Position numbers and translations under genes: made by a program. Below, in pieces: positions 53,065 to 64,000 of a DNA stretch of 64,000 nucleotides. Location of the stretch: NCBI GenBank assembly GCA_053919585.1, contig CM132803.1. The stretch is one strand, 5' to 3'. This DNA comes from Euprymna scolopes (Eukaryota). The notes beneath the pieces are model-generated. The model saw only the letters and a program-made list of their open reading frames with translations, was not told where the DNA came from and did not search any database. Each line of letters begins with the position of its first letter. The first letter of the stretch is position 1.

Positions 53065-54149
53065 TTAGAATACAATGCGCATTCTTCAAGTTCTAACAAC
53101 GTATCTATGCTGAAATTTTAATTTATAAAGAGAGAAATGAAAAACGAATTTAATTTTTTTAGGTGGTGGTGGCGATTTAAAATTAGCAACAAAAAATGAG
53201 AATTGGTTACTCATTAGTATACTCTCTCACCCACCCCACCGTTCTCTTCAGTGATGCGATTCTGCTAATACAAAGGGTATTCTACAAGTCTCTAACAAGC
53301 GAAAATCCGTTTCTCTGAAATAAATATTAGTCTCTGCTACAGAAAAATTCGGAACTGAAGACAGGGAATGAGTAGGTATGAGTTCCTCACTCTCCTAGTT
53401 ATTGCTCATATCCCCTGCGTACATGACATTAATATTGATTAGCCGATTTTCAGCTCCTCTCACTCCACCGATGCTTTTTTCTAAATCTATTGTGGTCTGC
53501 TTGGAGAATTGATCACCAATGAAGAGAATCAAGGGGTAGAAGGAGATGATTGGAGAGAAACGCCAAAAATACAGTTTATTGCACAACAATCAAGTTATGT
53601 TGTCTAACTTTAATAGATTCTCTCATTGAATCATATGTTGCTCTAATACCCGCTTCCCTTGTTTCACCATTTGAAATGGGATGCTAGTTTTTTTTCTTTT
53701 TTTTAGTGGAGGTGAGAGGGGTACTGCACAAAGTTCCTATTTACAATGCCTCCCTACGGGGACAGTTAGACACCAGCCAAGATTTATGCGACTGCAAAAT
53801 CTAAACTATATTCTCTATAAGTTATCTTTAATTTTTAATATGCAGTCAAAGCAATTATTTTAATCTCAAATACATTTTCATTAAATACTAAGGAAATCCG
53901 GTTTTGTTTTGTTTTTTTTTGGGGGGGGCATAACTTTGTATTATTTGGATTCTTTGAATTATTATGCGACGAGTTTTTATTTATTCCTCTTTCCCTCAGG
54001 CCTATTTTTATCACTCACTCTTTACATAAAGCCGACTTGGCTTCATCTTAAGTTGGCTTCATCTTCAACTTATCAGAGCACCATCTTTGTCATCATATGC
54101 TCACTGGCTAAGACCATATTATGTGAATCTTAAAAGGCTTAGATCTGAT

Positions 54150-54360
54150 AACATCAGAGGAAGATTAAATGTGTGCAGAAAAGAGACTGTGATGATATGG
54201 CCACATTGAAAGAATGGATGAGGGTTTTTGAGGTTAGTAGATGTAGAACAGTTGAGGTAGCAGGTTTAGTTAATAAGGGAAAGCCAAGGAAAACAAAGGA
54301 GGTGAGTGATAAAAACTGGATAGGTGAAGCATAATGAACAATGGACAAGAAGAAGAATAT
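54150..54360 (+). mobile_element. RTE-like LINE 3' remnant
   Basis: GHIERMDE..RCRTVEVAG..GKPRKT. Confidence 0.55.
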
Positions 54361-54839
54361 TACACCAAAATGTAATTTAATTTAGAAAATTAAAATAGTA
54401 AACCGTCTATCTTAAACTTTTTTTTTATTTAGAAATAATTTTGGTTCAAAGAAAATTTTCATTAATATCAAAGATTGATGAATAAAAGATAAAAAAAACT
54501 TTTCAAGTTAGTATTTTGTTAAATGTTGTTGTTTTGCCTTCCCTTTCTTCTAGTCTGATGTGGGGTTAGGGTTGTCCTTTGTGAGCGCTTTCTGTATCAT
54601 TCAAAGTCTGGCTGGAAAAAGAGCAACCATTGTCAGCCATCTTTCGTCCATGGCATCACAAGGTTTTGCCTCCCCCTTCTTTTATTAATAAATAGAAAGA
54701 ATTCTGATCTTTCAATGTGCATTCATTATAAAATTATTGCATATTTGTGTCTGGATGGCGCATATATTTGCTAGTGTATAGAATGCATAGAAAATATTTT
54801 TGGCCAATCATAATTATATATATATATATATATATATAT

Positions 54840-55281
54840 GCTTGCAGGCCACCCGGCATTGTCCGGTCCTAAAATACGCTTAAATATGATATTTTGACTT
54901 ATACAGATTTCGTATTTATTATTTTATTCTGTCCAGATTTAATATTAAAAAAATATATAAAAAAAAAAAAATGACCTGTGTGCCGCTATCGAGAATCAAA
55001 ACCAAAACGTTTAGCTTACAATTTACTTTTTCCTTTGACGTTATGCCTGATCTATCAAACTCCTCCGACAATTTTGGGTCTAAACACTTGAAATTTTAGA
55101 TATAGGTACCTTGGACATGGATCTAACTTAATAACTTGATTTGAGCCCAAAACAATAAATGTTAAGGGGTCATAATAGGGGTCAAATTTAAAAAAATTGA
55201 CCGTTTTTTTTTTGTTTTGTTTTTTTTTTTGCTCGGCATATACCTCCAAACACCCGGGCAACGCCTGGCCGAAATGCTAGT
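54840..55281. mobile_element. Helitron-like repeats with outward-facing 3' termini
   Basis: CCCGGGCAACGCCTGG..GCTAG|T at 55253-55281 on plus; degenerate reverse copy at 54840-54867; 54840-54920 matches 15195-15275. Confidence 0.55.
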
Positions 55282-57631
55282 ATATATATAAAAAGGTTTT
55301 TATTTACTATAACCTTTTTACGCAAATATTATGCAAGTATAAATCCTGTATAATATCTGCATGAATATACTTACATGTAATAGTTAACTAAAGATGATCA
55401 TCGCATAAGAATACCAAAAAAGCTAATAGGGAATTGATTGAAATGAATGTTTAAAAGATTATGCAAATTAGCTAGATCTTTTGCAGATGAATGCAATTCC
55501 ACGACCCATATATAACAGAGTTGTATTTTCTTTTTTAATAAATAGAAAAAAAGGTTGTTAATATGAATATCAATACACACACATACAAAAAAAAAAAAAA
55601 TTATAGGAGTATAGATATTCATATGGAGGTTTTTATTTGCAGTCTTGCACCAAAATACATGTAAAGGACACCATCCATTTATTTATTTATTTTTGATGAT
55701 AGATAAAAGATATTTATGCACCTCCACAAAAAAATCAATTATTAAGGGCCATGATCTGAGATCAAATTCCAAGAAAAACAAACAAAAAAAACTTGCAACC
55801 CACCAATCATAATAGTTGGGTGGCGGCTGGGAGATGTTATAATGGATAATACCCAAGATTTATAGAATCGATTGAATCAAGTTAAAATCTAGTTATCTAA
55901 GTGCCCCCCCCCCCAAATGTCATCTATGGAATCGTTACAAACTTCACAATCATTTTTCAATCTAACCATATTTGGTACAAATAAATTTCTGTCTGTACCT
56001 AACTTGTCCATCAAGTTTCAGTTATTAATGTCCAACAGTTTTTATTTTATCACCAAAAGCACAATTCTTTCTTTCATTTTGTTACTCTCATTCTGATTTG
56101 CAACAATTTTGGCGTAGTGATCATGCCATGATTAAGTATGTCAGGGCAAGCTGGAAGAAAGGATCACTTCAACCATGACCATCAGAATTTTGGTATTGGT
56201 ATGGTTTATGGACGCCTTATGCACTAGGTGTCTCAGCTAATTTGACCATAAACACCATGGCACTTCTTGTCTGGATATTCGATGCATTAAAAAGCATGGT
56301 CGACTGAGGAATTGATATGACTGTATGGAACTCGACTAAGGTCAACTTTTTGCATCAGACTGCATGGATATCAAACATGAGACATTGTCTAGCATTGCTC
56401 TCCCCAGAGTTAGCGACACTCACAGCATCCTAAATAACAAAACCAGATGAAGGAGAATCCAGAGTCCACAATTTACTCTATTATATATTTTTATATTTTC
56501 TTCTAAATATATTGAACAAGAATTCATTTCTTATTTGCCGAAATTTTTATGATTTTTCTTGTTTTCAATTCTTTTATGTCATGTAATGTCCTATGAATGG
56601 AGCCCTTCTCATCAGGGATTTATAGTATTAATTGAGGTTTGTCACTGTAAATAGATTAATGAATTCTTTCCATTTCAATATGTACATATTGTGGTTTGAT
56701 ATTAAATAATCGAAAATGGGTTAATTTGCCGTAAAATGGATAAATCTAACCAATCACTGAAACATTTTATAAAAGGTTGTTGAAATTTTCTTGAAGCATT
56801 GTGTACAATGTATAAAAAAGTGTAGGATATCGAAGACTAAACACATTAAATGAAAAGAAAGAAAAATAGATACGGTAGTAAAAGAAGGCAATATTGTTAT
56901 AATGTGATAGTTTTCAAGTTAAAAAGTTTTTCTGAGAAGAATGAATTTTAGATTTTTTTTTTTTTAATTAGAAATCTTAAATAATATTGAGCACATTATT
57001 ATTTTTTAAAAACGGTGCAACAGGTAATAGATTAAAAGTTATTTTATTATTACAATATTATCTTCTTTTATCTACAATACTTTGCCTATTTTTTTAATAG
57101 TTTCCAAACTTATATTACATTAGTATAACCTTTGTTATCCTAAACTTTCTATTTCATTTAAAATAAGCATAAAAAGCTTGATTGTATTATAAAACTGACA
57201 AAATTCATCTTGCCTGATTTGAGCCTCTACCACACAAATCTGAATCATCAACATGAATTATTTTTCTCATGTGTCGATACGCCCTAGAGAAGCATTAAAT
57301 ATTGTTTTAATTTATTTTTTGTTGATGAAACATTGCATGAGTGACCTCCCTCCAACATTTGTGACAAAAACAAGCAGTGGCAAGATTCGTTTTTGAAGAT
57401 ATATGCTGCTGCAGTGTGTGTACTGGTTGAATTCTACATATAAAACAAGTTTAGGATTGTTTTCCTATCAGATGAATATTTTCTAATTATGTTTTTTTCT
57501 TTTCAATGAATATTTAAAAGATATGTCATCATAAATATGGCATCATAAATATATCAAAATAACTCCAAATAAGTTATTTTTAATGATGAATCTGTGTCTC
57601 TATGACATTATGTTATAGCATTTAAGGATCT

Positions 57632-57887
57632 TGTATGTTCTATTTGCAGTTCTCGTTGTCCCTTTCTTCCTGTCCTCGATTCGTGTAACTGAGACGAAGA
57701 GCACAAAATCTCTTTCACCAAGCAAATGAAAGAATGCTGCACACACAAAAGTCCGACATCTTTTATCACCGCGGTGGCGCCAACTCATGCAAATCCGTAC
57801 CAACCAGATTTCTCGTCCCATCATGCAGGTGCAGTGTCATTTGTGCATTGGACATGACAATGACCGGCTCGTCATACATTGTCTACA
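57632..57887 (-). repeat. 3' LTR of element B
   Basis: TGTA...TACA; roughly 90% identical by eye to 61587-61846. Confidence 0.92.
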
Positions 57888-60800
57888 CTCATCCCTGATC
57901 CCTGATCACAGCATGTGCAAGGTCGCACTGGTAATCTTCGGCGTGTACTTCACCGCAAGGGTGGTTCTGGGGTCTCTCCATTCTGTGTCATCTGTGGGCC
58001 AGGCAGTGTCATACTCTCAATATCATCCGAAGTCTCATCTGCTCTGCCAGGTGGAATGGCATCTGGTCGATTTTCAGAGTGTTCTCCATTTTGGGTTGGT
58101 TGTCGGCCAGGCAGTGTAATACATGCAGTGTCATCTGAAATCTCATCATCTGCATTACCAGAGGGGAAGGTATACGTCCGGGGTTGTATATCCTTCACAT
58201 GGCGCGGGACACCATCAACACCAATGGCTTGTGGGCTAATCATTTCTGTTACTGTTCCTTCTTCGAACTTGGATGTGCATCGATAATCTGGCAGTTTTAC
58301 CCATACAGGGTCACCAACACGGTCTTGGTTTTGTGCAGAGGCTGGTAATATAGGCACTGGGTCGATGTTCTTCACCCTAACTTCATATCTATAGATCTCG
58401 TTGGCAGGTGCAGTACATGATGATGTATCGTCCTTGGGCGTGACATTGTACCAATACACTGTTTCCTGAACAGTGCATCTCATTCTGGCTGCAATCCTCT
58501 TAATACTGTGGTGACATCATTCTGCGATGCCATTGCCTGCTAGCACATATGCACACCGAAACCACAGGCGTACTCCCCAACCAGCGGAAAACTCCTTGAA
58601 TTCCTTACTGGTAAATGCAGTGTCGTTGTCAGTAAGCAGTTACTCCAGTTGGCCACGCTCCAAAAATATCGACTCAAGATGCTGAATGATGTGTCTGGAG
58701 TCCTGCTGTGACAACATCCGCCAAATGGTAAAACGCGCTAGACCGCAATCGGTGAGCGTCAGGAAATGTTTGCAGTTAAAGTGCGTCATATCCATCCCCA
58801 GACTTTGCCAATTAGCTTGTACCGCCAATTTTCCTGGCGTCCAATTAACTGGAGACGGATCAATCGTCTGACATTCCTCACATTCTCCGATAGCTGACCT
58901 TACATCAGCTTTGGTAATTGTTGGGCAAACCCGCCGAACGAAATATGCTGTACGTCGGATGCCTGAATACCCACTGCTTTTATGCAGTTCCATGATCTGA
59001 CTACTAGTCATTGCGTTATTCTTTGCAGCACAGGTCAGAGGTACAGGCTTCGTCGCGAATTTCATTCTATCAAGCCACCTTTGTGGAACACGTGTCATGG
59101 GGTCTGCCAAGTTCTGACTCGACGGGACCAGAGAAACGTCTATTGAAAGTCCTGACTCTTCTACCAGTGATTTTATTGTGTCTAATCATTGTTGGAGAAC
59201 ATTTCGCTGCCTTTGTGCATACTCTAGTTTTTCCAGTGAGCGTGTCCACTAACCAGTGATACGTACTTACTGAGTCCGTTTTTAAGTGTATAAATTTGCA
59301 CTTCCAGTGTAACGCAAGGTTGATGCCCTTCAACGCCGCATCCAATTCAGCCAAGTTAATATGCTGCACATCGCTCGTGGATCGCAGCCAACATGCATCT
59401 TCAAAGACAATAGCGTCATGTTCCAGGAGCTCGCTGGTCGCCAGGGAACTTGCGTCCACTCATACATTGACGTCTTGTCCGTTTACACACCACAGACCCT
59501 GTGAGGAATCGCTCTGCTTCACCCTGGCTATTGTTTCCTGGAGCATTTGTTGAAGTGGAACATCCTTTGTGGTGTCATCCCATCCTTGGGTTACGGTGTT
59601 GGCCCGTCGCTTTATGATTCCTGTTGCTGCTCGTGGCCACCCACACAGTGGCAGATGTCCGGTCAGTTTCCCGCACAGGGAAAAAAATGGCTCGACCTGT
59701 CACAATCTCTGGAATCATACTACCATGCTTCCATCGCAGAGTGCCATGCTCCCCCCCAGACCTCCAATCTAAACACTCATGTTCCATCCTCAAGACGCTC
59801 TGTTTCTTTGCTTTCCAATCCAAACCAAAGAAGATGCTGCTTCACTCGTTTTGCTGGCGTCATGCTGTTGTTGATGTATAAATCATCTATATATGCCGAT
59901 GTTGCTTCTTGAACAGTTGCATCTTCGGACAAAACAGCCTTGACAATTGTCTGCATAATGAATGGTGCAACATTAAGCCCAAATCCCATCCTAGTCAGGC
60001 AGTATCTCTCCTCCTTTACAATTGCAGTTTGAAATGGCCATAAAGAATGGTGCACATGTACCTGGAGGGAGACCTTTCTCAAGACCAACACTGATACGTC
60101 GGACCCCTTCCTCCACCAGTCCCTCAGCTTTTGTGAACACACATCCGCATGTGCCGTGTATACATCCACATGTTCATTTAGCTTGCGGTAATCCATAACA
60201 GGCCATACTTTCCGCTTGTTATGCTGAACAATCGCCATTAGTGGGATTAATCCCTTGAGTGGACCAAGCTCTTTCTCCGGGTATGGTATCAGCCATCCAT
60301 TGCGAATCCACATTTGCAATTCGCAGTCATAGTCCTTCCGAATGTGTTTGAGCACGGTGTATTCAGGTATCTGATTGATCAGCTGTTGTGGCGGCTGCTC
60401 ATTCGACCATTTTCAGGTTGCCGTCCAATGTTTCTTAGTCGGGTCGAATGCAACATCAAAGTCAGGTCGTTCTATTTTCACTGCAACAGCAGTGCCGACA
60501 CCGCAAACTTCCTTCAGGAAATTGGCCTCACCGTGTTCATTTATATGAACGCCGCTCAACAGGTGGATGGCATCAATTCCGAGCAAGAGATCGAATCCCA
60601 ACAGATCTCCATCTATAGCTAACATCACCACCACCACGGGGATCTTTTTATCCACCTGCAAACTGACCTTGGTCGCTCCTTTGCTGGTCATACTCTTTCC
60701 ATCAATAGTCAGTCCCTCTGTCTTGTGTGTATTCCGTGGACCACAAACTCTACTCCTTACTAGAGATTGGGTGCACCCAGGGTCAATCAATGCATCCCAA

Positions 60801-61567
60801 ATCACTCCGTTGACATGCACACGCTTCACTGGAAGGTCGGTTCTTATCCTACTCAGGGTGAGAGTGGCGCTCACATCTCGCCCCTGTTTCTGTTTTCCAG
60901 ACATTGTGATACGATGTGTCCCTCTTTCTCGCATCGGTAGCATTGAATGCATGGTGTATGGCGCTGCCTTGATCGTTTGAGCTGGCAGTGCTTTGCAAGA
61001 TAGTTGGTTCCAGAGCAATTGAAACACTGCAGTGAGTTTTCAGAGGGCTTGTGTCTGACCTGTCGACAGCGGCTGCAACCCGTTCGTTATTTACCATGAA
61101 CCTTGCTCGGCTGAGCATACTTTCTGTTGGGATCTGGCTGATGTCAGTAGATGCATGTAGCAACTCCTGGGTATGGGCAGGCAGTCCAGCCATGAATGCA
61201 TACTTCAGCGTCTGGCTCGGGACTCCTCCGAACAGACTGGAAAGCTTCAATAACGCAGCATAGAACTCATCCACCGACTCGTCCGAGTGTAAGGTGTGTC
61301 TTGCAAACTGCTTGTATGCCTCACATGGGTCCAGTGCAAAGGCCCTGCGCAGTGCATCTTTCACCTGTGTTACATTATTCTTCTCTGCATCTGACAGCTG
61401 TTGGTAGACATTGAAAGCTCCTCCAACTAGTCGCAAGGAGATGACCTGTTCGACTCTGTCAACTTCCAAGAGCTTGCAGATAACGTTCACTCTCTCTAAC
61501 CAGTCTACAATAGATGTTGTGCCGTCATATTCTGGTACTAATTTTAGGTCGAACCTTCAGTCATAAT

Positions 61568-61579
61568 GCCGAAATAGCT
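61568..61579 (-). promoter_or_regulatory. Putative primer-binding site of element B (AGCTATTTCGGC)
   Basis: Between the 5' LTR and the gag ATG; the plus strand reads GCCGAAATAGCT, the first 12 nt of metazoan tRNA-Phe. Confidence 0.78.
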
Positions 61580-61846
61580 TGAATCAGTATGTTCTATTTG
61601 CAGTTCTCGTTGTCCTTTGCTTCCTGTCCTTGATTCGCGTAACTGAGACGAACAGCACAAAATCTCTTTCACCAAGCAAATGAAAGAATGCCGCACGCAC
61701 ACAAAAGTCCGACATCTTTTATCTCTGCAGGGGGGGGGGCAACTCATGCAAATCAGTACCAACTGGATTTCCTGTCCCATCATGCAGGCGCAGTGTCATT
61801 TGTGTATTGGACACGACAGTGACCGGCTCGTCATACATTGTCTACA
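61580..61846 (-). repeat. 5' LTR of element B (inner boundary 61580-61587 uncertain)
   Basis: Direct repeat of 57633-57887. Confidence 0.9.
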
Positions 61847-64000
61847 GACTCCAAACTGCATTGTGTGGCGAGACCCAAATTTGGAACCTTTGGGGAGCAT
61901 AGTCAACCCTTAATTGCTATTTCTGTCAGGTCCATTTTGACCCAAAGGTGTGGTAGTATCTGCCATTGTTTACAGACTATTTATTTACAGCTTTGTGGAA
62001 ACTCATAAAAAACTAAATTTGAAACGATTTTAATTGTCATCGGAAATCTTATTTTTCAGTGCAGGTTGTTATACTATAGAACAAACTGCTAGAAGCCATA
62101 GCCAGCCTGCTGACCTCTAAACAGTTGAAGACGGTGATGAATGCATCATGACCGTTGATCTTTGGACGATTACCCATCAATTGAGTAGAGGAGAATGTGA
62201 GAGGATGCGATTGTGGCATACAACCTCATTAACAAGAATTTACACTTCAAAGAATTTTCACCTCAGTACCAAGTCATGGTTTCCATGGAACCCAGCAGAA
62301 GATGTACTATGGGAGCTTTCGTCTCAATAGAAGAAAGATAGCTTTCTCTGACCATGTTTCTCTTCTATGGAACAGTCTTCCAGAAGAGATAGTAATAATG
62401 TCTATCATATTTAGGTTTGAATTCACCTTGGAAAGATATTCATATAGGAGAGTTTTTTTTACATAGTGTAGAATATTGCTAGGGTGAGCCAGCTAATCCA
62501 ATGAAGATGTTGTGCTGAATGGATGCGATAATTGACAGAGTGTAGTTCCTGGCAGAAGTCTAGAACAGTAAAAACCCCTGAATGCCAGAGCAGCTGGCAT
62601 TTGTAGAGTGTCACCTGCACCTCCTGGCATGTTTAGCCAATCAGGCACCTCAAAATAGAACAATCCACCATCCCTGACTAATTGTAGGCTGGTCCAATGG
62701 CAATTAGCATACCACTAATTGCTACTGAATAAATATGTTGAAATTAAATGGTCCATAATGGTGGAGAGGGAAGGTAAGCGCATTCTTGATTCTTGATTCT
62801 ACACATAGTTTGCTGCACTTTATTATTTTTTGCTAATAAATTTGATTTGATTTACAAAACAAATGAATCTCTAAATCATTTGTAACCAAAACAAACAAAA
62901 TAACTAAACAAGGGTCGACATGAACGAAGCAAGAGTCTCTGAATTTCAGTTCTTTTTTAAGACTCCTTAAGCTTAAGCCTTAAATTTGAGACATTTTCTA
63001 GAATAAAATAATTTCATGAATTTTGATTAAAATTGGAATAAAGATTCTTGGCACAAAGTTTAGTATGATTAGATCTTGATTTGAATCTTCATCATAAGGA
63101 CATAAAAGTGGTGCAAATAAAAAATATTGCTGTTTCATGTCATTCAGGTAATTGTGCTACACCAAATAACCTTTTCGTGAACTTGTATATTTAAAGATAG
63201 CTATAGAAATGTGTATATAAGATTTAGCATATTTTACCTTGAATAGGAATTTTTTGATTCAGCCATTAATATCTTTAACATATGTTAGCAAAAGCGATAA
63301 ATCTGTAAAAACGACCACAAAAATGTTAAACCTTTAATAGTTAGGCTTGATAAAAGATGTGTTTATGTAATTATAAAAATTATTTCAAGTATGTTAAGAT
63401 AAGTGATCTAATATTTCGACGTTGTAGAATGAAAATATAAGAAATCGTTTTTGAAAGTAAATTCGATGCTAAAAAATCTATTTTTCCATATGAATCAAAT
63501 ATTTTAGCCAAGTCAGGTCTTCATTAGTAAATCATAGACTTTTTTTTTGTTGATCTATAGCATCGAAAATAGCTGATCTCTCCTGGTGTTAAAATATACA
63601 TTTAACATTTTAACATATGTTGAAACGACCATAAAAATGCTAATCATTGGTTCTTCTTTGTAAGACATTCACAGCAAGAACTTGTCTTGCTATTAAAACT
63701 GAAAAGAACCTTTCTGTCTTCCATCGCATACCTAGCATCAGACAGAATTTTCATGAATAGAGATTCTTTCCAAGAACTTCCCATCTGAGGAACATATTAT
63801 CATCAGACTGCTTACTTGCTAGCTACAACATAGTTGTCTTCGAATCAACAAATAGTTTCTCTATATATGCCATCAAATTTTGTTAATTTCATTTATCATT
63901 TTCAATCCGCTTATAATGTTCTTCATCATTTATTTACAAGTTCGCAAAATCATTCGAAAGGATGAAGACTTGAAGAGAAAAAGTATAAAGAGAATTTGAT

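Larger units (their letters stand above)
57632..61846 (-). mobile_element. Ty3/gypsy LTR retrotransposon B, full length with both LTRs, decayed
   Basis: Gag (61564 to about 60900), protease LIDPG, RT PVMDY / YIDD, RNase H DAS / ELDA / DS, integrase HHCC and MDMT; PPT GATCAGGGATGAG next to the 3' LTR. Confidence 0.95.

Noticed and set aside
53395-53589. Host exon in the 64 aa minus-strand ORF
   Set aside because: PLILFI..GV..IN.MYAGD resembles a decayed LINE RT YADD segment.
57626-57631. TSD for element B
   Set aside because: Left flank GATCT and right flank GACTC do not match, and the inner LTR edge is uncertain.

Overview
AT-rich, microsatellite-rich eukaryotic DNA, most likely from an invertebrate animal, with N-gaps at about 43.8-46.9 kb and 52.6 kb. 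The window is almost entirely decayed transposable elements: an RTE LINE, at least eight pieces of CR1-like LINEs, an R4/Dong-like LINE, three Ty3/gypsy LTR retrotransposons, a Tc1 (DD34E) element with TIRs, two Penelope-like GIY-YIG remnants, Helitron helicase and termini, palindromic MITE/foldback elements, and tRNA- and 5S-derived SINEs. No intact recognisable host gene was found; one speculative three-exon small ORF lies on the minus strand. Two observations stand out. (1) Two diverged gypsy elements with unrelated LTRs share a non-canonical primer-binding site, AGCTATTTCGG(C/T), complementary to nt 1-12 at the 5' end of tRNA-Phe rather than to a tRNA 3'-CCA end. (2) A short tRNA-headed SINE carries a complete type-I hammerhead ribozyme. 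All calls were made by eye; no searches or folding programs were run.
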